Shown one piece after another: positions 1 to 7,710 of a stretch of 24,000 nt of DNA. Under the pieces are notes generated by a model. That model worked only from the letters and a program-made list of their open reading frames with translations. It ran no database searches and had not been told where the DNA came from. The first letter of the stretch is position 1, and each line of letters opens with the position of its first letter. This stretch comes from Helicobacter saguini (GTDB lineage Bacteria > Campylobacterota > Campylobacteria > Campylobacterales > Helicobacteraceae), in assembly GCF_000762875.2 (NCBI RefSeq), contig NZ_JRMP02000005.1, positions 164,626 to 188,625 of the forward strand. Direction: 5' to 3'. The position numbers were made by a program, and so were the translations under genes.

Positions 1-1770
1 GTTTTAGCTGGGGCTGGCGTAGATGCTTTTGAGGAAGTTTTTAAACTGATTTTTATAAAGTTGTATGATGAATTAAATACATATAGAAAAGATGAAAGAT
101 TAATAGAAAAATATGAAACTATAAAAAAATATAATGATAAAAATGAACTAGAAAAGCTATATAAACAAATGCACAATTTAGAATTTAGAAATTATGAGGG
201 CACAGGTGACAAGACTTTTAAAGACAGAATTGAAAATCTTTTTAGCGAGGCTAAGAATAAATGGAAAGGGATTTTTGAGAGTGATTCTACTATAAGTCTT
301 ACTCCATCGCATTTAGAAGTGTGCGTGAGTGAATTGCAAGAATGCAAATTTTTTAATTCAAACTTAGATATTATCGATGATGCCTTTGAATATCTAATGA
401 AAAAAGAAAGTAAAGGAGAAAAAGGGCAGTATTTTACCCCACGTTATGTGATAGATATGTGTGTAAAAATGCTAAATCCAAAAGATAGCGAAACTATGAT
501 AGATACAGCAAGTGGGAGTTGTGGCTTTCCTATTCATACTTGCTTTTATGTGTGGAAAAATATTTATAAACAAAAGGGTTTAAAAGCTAGTCATTTATTT
601 ACCGCTGAAAAAAAGATTAGTGAGTGTGAAGATTATGTTAGAAATAATGTTTTTGCCATTGATTTTGATAAAAAAGTCGTGCGTATAGCAAGGACTCTAA
701 ATATCATAGCAGGAGATGGGCATACTAATGTTTTTAGACTAAATTCACTAAATTTTCCTAAATGGGATAGTGAAAAAGATATTGATAAAGAAACAAAAAT
801 TTTTAATAAAAATATAGATGACTTAATTGATAAAAGCCTTGAAACAAACGATTATTCACATTTTAATTTTGATATTTTAATGGCAAATCCACCCTTTGCA
901 GGAAATATAAAAGAGCATTCTATCCTTAAACATTATGACTTAAGAAATACTATAAATTTTGAAAAGATTAAGGCAAATGAAATAGAAAAGTATAAAACAA
1001 TTTTAGAAAATCCAACCTTTGATGATTGTTTAAATAATCCACAAGCACTAGTAAGAACAAATGAAGGTTATAAAAAAATAAAGATTAAAGAACAGCCTGT
1101 TGTCACAAGAGATGTGCTTTTTATCGAGCGAAATTTAAATATGTTGCGTCCTGGTGGGCGAATGGCTATTGTTTTACCACAAGGCAGATTCAATAACTCA
1201 AGTGATAAATATATAAGAGAATTTATAGCAAAAAGAGCTAGAATCTTAGCAGTAGTAGGACTTCATCAAAATGTCTTTAAGCCTCACACAGGCACAAAAA
1301 CAAGTGTGTTGTTTTTACAAAAATGGGATGATAATCTTTGCCCTTTTAAAGAAAATTACAATATCTTTTTTGCTACGATGAATGAACCTAGCAAGGATAA
1401 CTCAGGGGATAAAATCTATGTGAAAGAAAAAGTAGCGCTACTAAGACAAACTATAAATAATAAAAGTAATGAGCAAACTTTAAGCCTAAAAGAATTTAAC
1501 GAAAAATATGAAAGTGTGGAAAAAGCAAGTTTTTTACAATATGAAGATTCTATCATTTCTTTAGAATCTTATAAGAAATTAGATTCTAAAGAAAAGCAAA
1601 AAGTGCTAAAACAAGAAGCTTTTATCATAGAGCAACCATTGCGTGATACTCACGGACATTTAATTGTCAAACACGATTTATTTAACCACGATGGCTTAAC
1701 GCAAGATGGTATCGCCGAAGCCTTTATAGACTTTGCAAAAATGGAAAATTTAAGCTTTTGGAGAGAATAG
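1..1770 (+). CDS. hsdM: Type I R-M N6-adenine DNA methyltransferase subunit (HsdM-like), 5' end truncated by the window edge
   Basis: The frame is open from nt 1: VLAGAGVDAFEEVFKLIFIKLYDEL precedes the tracked start at 61. Contains GQYFTPRYV, DTASGSCGF (AdoMet motif I-like) and NPPF (motif IV). An HsdS-type gene lies downstream. Confidence 0.85.
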   Translation, partial: VLAGAGVDAFEEVFKLIFIKLYDELNTYRKDERLIEKYETIKKYNDKNELEKLYKQMHNLEFRNYEGTGDKTFKDRIENLFSEAKNKWKGIFESDSTISLTPSHLEVCVSELQECKFFNSNLDIIDDAFEYLMKKESKGEKGQYFTPRYVIDMCVKMLNPKDSETMIDTASGSCGFPIHTCFYVWKNIYKQKGLKASHLFTAEKKISECEDYVRNNVFAIDFDKKVVRIARTLNIIAGDGHTNVFRLNSLNFPKWDSEKDIDKETKIFNKNIDDLIDKSLETNDYSHFNFDILMANPPFAGNIKEHSILKHYDLRNTINFEKIKANEIEKYKTILENPTFDDCLNNPQALVRTNEGYKKIKIKEQPVVTRDVLFIERNLNMLRPGGRMAIVLPQGRFNNSSDKYIREFIAKRARILAVVGLHQNVFKPHTGTKTSVLFLQKWDDNLCPFKENYNIFFATMNEPSKDNSGDKIYVKEKVALLRQTINNKSNEQTLSLKEFNEKYESVEKASFLQYEDSIISLESYKKLDSKEKQKVLKQEAFIIEQPLRDTHGHLIVKHDLFNHDGLTQDGIAEAFIDFAKMENLSFWRE

Positions 1771-1926
1771 ATTTATAGAATCTAAATTAAGAATTTAAAA
1801 TGATTATTTTTAAAAAGAACCCAAAGTAGCCTTCTCATTTAAGAGTTGCCCGCACCGCTGGCAGGCTAGCCCTTTGGATTAAAAGAATTATAGTATAATT
1901 TTTCTTAATGTTTAATAAGGATAAAT

Positions 1927-2214
1927 ATGAAAAAAGCCTATATTTATATCATTACAAATAAGAAAAATGGCACACTTTACACAGGCGTTACAAGTGATTT
2001 AATAAAAAGAATTTATGAACATAAAAATAAAATAGTTAAAGGCTTTTCAAGTAAATATGATTTAAAAAATCTAGTGTATTATGAAATGTTTGAAAATATA
2101 GAATCTGCGATTATAAGAGAAAAGCAAATAAAAGCTGGGAGTAGAAAGAAAAAGCTAGAGTTGATTAATAATTTTAATCCAACTTGGAAAGATTTATATG
2201 AAGATTTATTGTAA
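1927..2214 (+). CDS. GIY-YIG nuclease family protein (small UPF0213/YhbQ-like)
   Basis: 95 aa containing YIYIITNKKNGTLYTGVTSDL..RIYEHK..GFSSKY..LVYYE...AIIREKQIKAGSRKKK. AAGGA RBS at 1917-1921 and a TATAAT at 1894-1899. Confidence 0.85.
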   Translation: MKKAYIYIITNKKNGTLYTGVTSDLIKRIYEHKNKIVKGFSSKYDLKNLVYYEMFENIESAIIREKQIKAGSRKKKLELINNFNPTWKDLYEDLL

Positions 2215-2245
2215 ATTAATTCGCTATTGTTTGCGATGACACTTT

Positions 2246-2496
2246 GGATTGCCACGAAGTCGCGCTGACTTCTCGCAATGACGCAAAAAGTCGTCATTGC
2301 GAGCGCAGCGTTGCAATCCACACAAACGAAAGCCAAAACGCAACAAATGGATTGCTTCGCCTTTCGCTTCGCAAAAGTCTCGCAATGACGTATAGATTGC
2401 CACGCCAAGCCTTGTAGCTTATCTCGCAATAACACAACACACCGCTTTATCATAAGACGACTATCCTACGTCATTGTGAGCGTAGCGTTGCAATCT
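2246..2496. repeat. Array of five GC-rich hairpin repeat units, family GTCATTGCGAG-N(8-20)-GCAATC(C/T), in mixed orientation
   Basis: Units at 2246-2283(-), 2292-2319(+), 2349-2390(-), 2394-2434(-) and 2469-2496(+). A perfect 12-bp inverted repeat joins 2272-2283 and 2292-2303. Unit 1 has an internal 6-bp stem, 2256-2261 with 2267-2272. GC content is far above the flanks. Confidence 0.8.
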
Positions 2497-2558
2497 ATAA
2501 AATCTTAAAAAAATATAAAAATATTCTATAATTTCACTATGAAAATTAAGGAGAAAAA

Positions 2559-3959
2559 ATGAGTGATTTAAATCAAAGATTACAAAGCAAATATCCACAT
2601 TTAGAAATTAGCGTTTTGTCTTTAGATTCTGTAAAAAAGGATAATGAGAGTTTTAGAATTGATAGTGAGCCATTTAAAAAATCTAATCTTATTTATGGTG
2701 ATAACTTCGAATACTTACCATTAAATAAAATAGCAATTATAAATCCATCAAAAACAGAAATTTCAAATTTAAATAAAAATTTAGAAATAACATTTTTATC
2801 AATGCAAAATTTAGGAAGCGGAGTGATAAACGAACAAGAAACGGGAACAATAAAAGAATATTTATCTGGTTATACTTATTTTAGAGAAAATGATATTTTG
2901 ATAGCAAAAATTACGCCTTGTATGGAACATGGAAAATGTGCCGTAGCTTATGATTTAAAAAACAAAATAGGCTTTGGTAGCACAGAATTTAATGTATTTC
3001 GTGTAGTAGATTCTAGATTTACAACAGAATTTATTTTTTGCTTTTTAAATCGAGAATCTATAAGAAAAATTGCAGTAGATAATATGGTCGGCACAAGTGG
3101 CAGACAAAGAGTGCCTACTGCATTTTATGAGAAACTAAAAATCCCCATTTTTTCTAAAGAATTTCAGTTGGAAATAGAAAAACTTGTAAAAGATTCACAC
3201 AAAGCTTTAGAATCTAGCAAAGCCCTTTATAAAGAAGCAGAAGAGATTCTATATAATGAATTAAATTTAGATTCTGTATCTTTAGAATCTAATTCTTTAA
3301 ACATCACTATAAAAACCCTAAAAGAGAGCTTTCTAAAAACAAGTAGGCTAGATAGCGAATACTACCAAAGCAAGTATGAAAATATAGAATCTAAAATTAA
3401 AAATTACCCCAAAGGATATGTCAAATTAGAAATAAACGAAATAAAAGATTCTAATTTCACACCAAAAAAAGAGCAAAAATACCGCTATATAGAACTAGCA
3501 AATATTAGTAGTAACGGCGTGATTAACGAGCCTTTAGAAGAGCTAGGCAAAGATTTACCCACAAGGGCAAGAAGGCTAGTAAAAGAGGGCGATTTGATAG
3601 TTTCTAGCATAGAGGGGAGCTTGTCAAGCTGTGCTTTAATCACAAAAGAATACGATAATTGTATTGTCTCAACAGGCTTTTATGTTCTAAAGACAAAAGA
3701 AATAAATAGCGAAACTTTGCTAGTGCTTTTTAAATCGCAGTTTTTTCAAAATTATTTAAAGAAATTCCCAAGCGGCACTATACTAACGGCTATATCAAAA
3801 GATGAATTACAAAACATCCTAATCCCAAAAATAGATTCTAAGATTCAAGCAAATATAGAATCTAAAATCAAAGAAAGCTTTAAACTACGCACTAAAAGCA
3901 AAGAATTGCTAAATCTTGCAAAGCAAAAGGTAGAATCTGCCTTGCAAACTAAAAACTAA
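2559..3959 (+). CDS. hsdS: Type I R-M specificity subunit (HsdS), two target-recognition domains
   Basis: 466 aa with a duplicated architecture: SFRIDSEPF near the N-terminus and SRLDSEYYQ mid-protein. Each half has a GTSGRQRV / PSGTILTAI-type TRD end followed by helical conserved regions. AAGGAG RBS at 2548-2553 and a TATAAT at 2527-2532. Confidence 0.8.
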   Translation: MSDLNQRLQSKYPHLEISVLSLDSVKKDNESFRIDSEPFKKSNLIYGDNFEYLPLNKIAIINPSKTEISNLNKNLEITFLSMQNLGSGVINEQETGTIKEYLSGYTYFRENDILIAKITPCMEHGKCAVAYDLKNKIGFGSTEFNVFRVVDSRFTTEFIFCFLNRESIRKIAVDNMVGTSGRQRVPTAFYEKLKIPIFSKEFQLEIEKLVKDSHKALESSKALYKEAEEILYNELNLDSVSLESNSLNITIKTLKESFLKTSRLDSEYYQSKYENIESKIKNYPKGYVKLEINEIKDSNFTPKKEQKYRYIELANISSNGVINEPLEELGKDLPTRARRLVKEGDLIVSSIEGSLSSCALITKEYDNCIVSTGFYVLKTKEINSETLLVLFKSQFFQNYLKKFPSGTILTAISKDELQNILIPKIDSKIQANIESKIKESFKLRTKSKELLNLAKQKVESALQTKN

Positions 3960-3975
3960 GATTCTATAGAATCTT
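3958..3975. repeat. Perfect 18-bp palindrome AAGATTCTATAGAATCTT, made of two abutting AGAWTCT motifs, filling the gap between convergent hsdS and acetyltransferase stops
   Basis: Read directly from the sequence. The hsdS stop is at 3957-3959 and the acetyltransferase stop at 3976-3978. Confidence 0.7.
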
Positions 3976-4767
3976 TTAAGAATCTTTTATCCTTTTTAGA
4001 ATCCGCGCTGGGTTGCCGCCGACTATTACATTTGTAGGGACATCTTTTGTCACCACAGCCCCTGCGGCGATTATCGCGTTATCACCGATATTTACGCCCG
4101 GGCAAATCGTGGCATTCATCCCTATCCACACGCGATTGCCGATATTTATGGGCTTGCAAAATGTGGCTTTGCGGCGGCGCGGATGAAAGTCGTGATTAAT
4201 AGTCGTAAGGCACACACGCGGCGCGATAAACACATCATCGCCGATATTTATGCCGCCCCTGTCCATAAAAGTGCAGCCTTGATTCATAAAAAAGTTGCGT
4301 CCTACGCGGATATTTCGCCCGTAATCGACATAAAAAGGCGGAATTATCCACGCAGATTCATCAAGCGGGACGCCGATAATTTCGCTAAAAATCTCTCGCA
4401 CCTTTTGCGGCGTGTGCCACTTTTCATTCAATTTAAAAGTTAGGCTCATTGTGTGATTTATCACATTGATAATTTTGTCGCATTCTTTATCATTCATATC
4501 GACTAGCTCGCCTTCAATATCTCGTGTGAAAACATCTCTATTTGTCGTGGGTGCTGGAGTTCGCCGCCACTCTTTGTGGTTTCTATCAAGCCCTATTTTG
4601 CTAGGGATAGATTCTACAAATTCTATAGAATCTAGCGACTTAGATTCTATATTTTTCACGCTTTTTTTAGAATCTTTTTTGGTTTTTTGCATTTTAGATT
4701 CTATATTAGAATCTTTTTTTAAATCTCGCGTTTTAGATTCTATAGAATCTTTAGAAATTTTTTTCAT
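3976..4767 (-). CDS. Sugar O-acetyltransferase, left-handed beta-helix hexapeptide family (Maa/LacA-like), with a motif-built N-terminal extension
   Basis: C-terminal 180 aa contain [34 protein letters not shown]...INH......R.....[52 protein letters not shown]. The start is moved from the tracked TTG (4794) to ATG 4767, which has an AAGGAG RBS 6 nt upstream. Confidence 0.8.
   Translation of the reverse strand: MKKISKDSIESKTRDLKKDSNIESKMQKTKKDSKKSVKNIESKSLDSIEFVESIPSKIGLDRNHKEWRRTPAPTTNRDVFTRDIEGELVDMNDKECDKIINVINHTMSLTFKLNEKWHTPQKVREIFSEIIGVPLDESAWIIPPFYVDYGRNIRVGRNFFMNQGCTFMDRGGINIGDDVFIAPRVCLTTINHDFHPRRRKATFCKPINIGNRVWIGMNATICPGVNIGDNAIIAAGAVVTKDVPTNVIVGGNPARILKRIKDS
4609..4750. repeat. 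Dense cluster of 8 AGAWTCT motifs inside the acetyltransferase 5' coding extension
   Basis: Copies counted by eye from 4609-4615 to 4744-4750. Translated as DSIES/KNIES/LDSIE repeats. Confidence 0.8.
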
Positions 4768-4785
4768 AACTCTCTCCTTAAAAAT

Positions 4786-4825
4786 AAAACGCAATTATAA
4801 AAGATGATACTTGCTCTAAGTCAAG
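4786..4825 (-). promoter_or_regulatory. Sigma70-like promoter cassette, copy 1 of a 40-bp duplicated element, driving the acetyltransferase
   Basis: The minus strand reads CTTGACTTAGAGCAAGTATCATCTTTTATAATTGC. This gives TTGACT (4819-4824), a 19-nt spacer and TATAAT (4794-4799). It matches 12415-12454 at 38 of 40 positions. Confidence 0.5.
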
Positions 4826-4841
4826 GGCTTTTTATAAAAAT

Positions 4842-6725
4842 TTATAAAGTTTTAACCATTTCCCTAACATCATTTTGATACCACGCACTGCCGTGCAAAG
4901 TCTCGCTTTTAAAGGCGTTATAGAATCTAGTTTGCAAAGTTTTAAAATCAATGTTAGATTCTAAAATCAAAGCTAAATCATTTACGCTAAGTGGCAAAAT
5001 ATTCATCCCTTTTATACATTCAACATCATTTTCAAAGTAGCACAAAATGCGGATTCTAAAATCATTTAGCACATTTTTATCCAAATGTGGCGCGATAAAA
5101 ATCGCATAAGTTTTCGCCCTAAAATTAGATTGCAAACTCAAAAGCAAATTTCCTAAATGGCGGCTCACGCTTTCCATTTCAGCTCTGCGTTGGTTTGTTT
5201 TATCAGTCAAGGTCGCTTCTATCATAACGCAGTGGCTTTCATATTGATAAATTATATCTGCGTTTCCGCCTATTGCGTGGCTTTTTGGCAGCATATTAGA
5301 ATCTAAGCTCAAGCCAGCTTGCAAGATTCTATCCACATTTTCATCATCGATATAATGAAAGCAAATCGCTATAATATACTCAAAAATAGTTGGCACACTC
5401 GCTTGTTCGCTCACCTTTTGTGCGATTAAAAAATCATTTTTTCTATCATTAAAAAGTTTTAGAATCTTAATAATTTCGCCCTTGCTAAAACGTTCTTTCA
5501 AAAGATTTTTAAGGCGGATTTTATCTTGCTTTTGTTTATAGTTTTTTAAATCTTGCAATGTTTTTATATCATATTTTTTAAAAGATTCTAAGATTTCATT
5601 ATCATTAAAATATTCTTTTAAAAGCGTTTGTGAAACCTTACTAGATTCTATAATTTTTAGAATCTTTTCAAAGTGTGAATGTTTTATTAGAATCTTAAAA
5701 ATTTCATTTATGCTAACTTTATCGCTAAAAAATTCAAAAATACCTGTAAGATTCAAATACCTAGCATTTAAATCATAATAATCTTTTAGATTCGCTAAAA
5801 TCCTAGCCTTAAAAATAAGTCTAAAAAAACGTTTTCCAAATTCGCTTAAATCGCCACTGCAAAAATCTTGCAAATCTTTTAGCTTTTGCTCTTTTTTATT
5901 TGATTTTGTAATGTAGGGCAAATATAGCTTTTTAAAATCTAAGTATTTAGAATCTTTTGTAGTTATTAAAGATTCTAAAAAGGCAGCATTTTTAGATTCT
6001 ATAAATGGTAATAAAATATCTTTTAAAGTTGCAATTATACTAAGTGCGCTTTTTTCTCCCTTAGCAGTTTTGAAATATTGTGTTTTTAGATTTTTAGAAT
6101 CTAAGTCGCTTAAAAACATTTTTAAATTACTAGATTCTAATATGCTTTTTTGCAATAAAGATTCTATAACATTTTTTCTTTTTATAGAATCTATAAAAGA
6201 TTCTACACTTTTAAAATTATTTATTAATGGTAAAAACATAAATTCATCTTTGCTTAAAGTCCCATCAAATGCCTTAAATACGCATAAATATTTTTGTAAT
6301 AAATCTTTGCTTTTTGTGAAATTTAAACTAGCTTTTAAGAAAAATAATGAAATTAAGTCAATTTGTAAAAATTCATTATTGATTTTATAACTTTGCGTTT
6401 TTATTAGATTTAATAATTCATAACCTTGCGGTGTGATTAGCTTTTCTTTTCTAATGATTAGATTATAATCTTCAAGGGGCGCGGACTTTACCCTTGCATC
6501 TTTTGTGCCTAAATTTGTCGTTGTATTTTTAGAATCTAGCAAATTATGAGTTTGCAACATTTCTAAATATTTTATTTGCAAAGTTGAATCATTTGCCCAA
6601 ATTTCATTTGCATTCGCATTTTTAAAAAGTTCATCAAATAATAAAATTTGAGATTCAAAATTATAAAGTAGATTTTTAACCCTAAGGCTTGTATTACCAA
6701 AATAGCTATAATGTGGGAAAGTCAT
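4842..6725 (-). CDS. Type II restriction endonuclease, AlwI-family-like (type IIS/nicking-enzyme family)
   Basis: 627 aa sitting 7 bp downstream of two m6A methyltransferases. N-terminal LGTKDARVKSAPLEDYNLI....LITPQGYELL is remembered as AlwI-family-like. C-terminal GGNADIIY...CVMIEATLT..TNQRRAEMESVSRHL fits a PD-(D/E)XK core. No helicase or Walker A motifs, so it is not HsdR. Confidence 0.6.
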   Translation of the reverse strand: MTFPHYSYFGNTSLRVKNLLYNFESQILLFDELFKNANANEIWANDSTLQIKYLEMLQTHNLLDSKNTTTNLGTKDARVKSAPLEDYNLIIRKEKLITPQGYELLNLIKTQSYKINNEFLQIDLISLFFLKASLNFTKSKDLLQKYLCVFKAFDGTLSKDEFMFLPLINNFKSVESFIDSIKRKNVIESLLQKSILESSNLKMFLSDLDSKNLKTQYFKTAKGEKSALSIIATLKDILLPFIESKNAAFLESLITTKDSKYLDFKKLYLPYITKSNKKEQKLKDLQDFCSGDLSEFGKRFFRLIFKARILANLKDYYDLNARYLNLTGIFEFFSDKVSINEIFKILIKHSHFEKILKIIESSKVSQTLLKEYFNDNEILESFKKYDIKTLQDLKNYKQKQDKIRLKNLLKERFSKGEIIKILKLFNDRKNDFLIAQKVSEQASVPTIFEYIIAICFHYIDDENVDRILQAGLSLDSNMLPKSHAIGGNADIIYQYESHCVMIEATLTDKTNQRRAEMESVSRHLGNLLLSLQSNFRAKTYAIFIAPHLDKNVLNDFRIRILCYFENDVECIKGMNILPLSVNDLALILESNIDFKTLQTRFYNAFKSETLHGSAWYQNDVREMVKTL

Positions 6726-6732
6726 AATATTC

Positions 6733-7710
6733 CTAATAATTTGTGATTAAAACTTCTTTAGATTCTAAGTTTTTGCTTTGATAGTTGCAATTTTTGTAGT
6801 TAAAGTTTAGATTGTGGATTTTAAATTTTGTGTGTTTTTTTAAGAAAGATTCTAGAATCTTATGCGTTTTATTTTTATGAAAAAGCACATTTGACAACGC
6901 AAATTTTATATCTTTAGAATCTAGATTGAGTAAAAAATCAAGCAAGTCATTTTCATCATTTTCCCCCCACGCATTATTTTCATTATAACTTGCATTTGCT
7001 AGGAAATAGGGCGGGTCAATATAAATAAAATCATTAGAATCTAAATTAGAAATATCAAAATTTCTAAAATCTTTATTTTGCAATTCTATATTTTTTGTCT
7101 GCAAAATTTGCATAAAATTTTTAAGTTTTTCTTGCATATTTGCGTTAAAATCGCGTTTTCCACAAGGCAGATTAAACTCGCCTTTAGCATTAAATCTTAT
7201 TTGATTATTAAAGCTAAAAATAATAAGTGTGAAAAGATAAAGGGCATCTTTATTTTTATTATACGCATTACGCAAATTTAAAAAGTTATTTTTATTGAAA
7301 CTTGATAAACCTTTAGAACTATCACATTTATAATATAAATATCCAAAATATTGGCTTTTTGATAACTCAAAAGATTCTATAAGTTTATTAATTTGCATAA
7401 AAATATGTTGCATTTTAGATTCTTTAAAAAGCTTAAAAATTTGCATTAATTCACTCATTTTATCATTTAAAATAATCTTTTTTGCATTTAAATTTATCCC
7501 AACATTTGCGCCACCGCAAAATAAATCAATGGCAATATTTATATTTTTTGGGAAAAGTGGCATAATTTGTGGCAATAATTTATACTTACCACCGATGTAA
7601 TTTAGCGGACTTTGCACGGGTTTAGAATCTATGTTGAAAAGATTAGATTTTTGCGTGTTAGATTCTAAAGATTCTATAACATTAGATTCTATCAATGCGA
7701 GATTTGACAT
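6733..7710 (-). CDS. D12-class (Dam-like) N6-adenine DNA methyltransferase
   Basis: Contains NYIGGKYKLLPQI, DLFCGGANVG (motif I) and IYIDPPY (motif IV). Overlaps the upstream methyltransferase gene by 19 nt. Confidence 0.85.
   Translation of the reverse strand: MSNLALIESNVIESLESNTQKSNLFNIDSKPVQSPLNYIGGKYKLLPQIMPLFPKNINIAIDLFCGGANVGINLNAKKIILNDKMSELMQIFKLFKESKMQHIFMQINKLIESFELSKSQYFGYLYYKCDSSKGLSSFNKNNFLNLRNAYNKNKDALYLFTLIIFSFNNQIRFNAKGEFNLPCGKRDFNANMQEKLKNFMQILQTKNIELQNKDFRNFDISNLDSNDFIYIDPPYFLANASYNENNAWGENDENDLLDFLLNLDSKDIKFALSNVLFHKNKTHKILESFLKKHTKFKIHNLNFNYKNCNYQSKNLESKEVLITNY

Noticed and set aside
1-1770. The first ORF as a type IIG/IIL fused restriction-methylase rather than HsdM
   Set aside because: No nuclease domain is visible in the part inside the window, and a bona fide two-TRD HsdS gene follows. 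The unseen N-terminus means this cannot be fully excluded.
2079-2453. 124-aa minus-strand ORF (…CVIARSQRDFVAIQ…LAMT…)
   Set aside because: It is made entirely of the GC-rich hairpin repeat units read through, and it overlaps the 3' end of the GIY-YIG gene. This is typical of spurious ORFs generated by this kind of repeat.
4466-4807. Plus-strand ORFs running through motif clusters (also 8674-8952, 10883-11272, 13426-13839, 23162-23455, 6070-6390, 7078-7281)
   Set aside because: The palindromic motif leaves a comparable ES/DS-type frame open on the opposite strand, which creates long shadow ORFs (LDSILESF...). Each is fully contained within a better-supported gene on the other strand.
4842-6725. 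The 627-aa protein as the missing HsdR of the type I system
   Set aside because: It has no Walker A, DEAD/DEAH or other helicase motifs and is too short. It is on the opposite strand from hsdM/hsdS and is translationally coupled to two type II-style methyltransferases.
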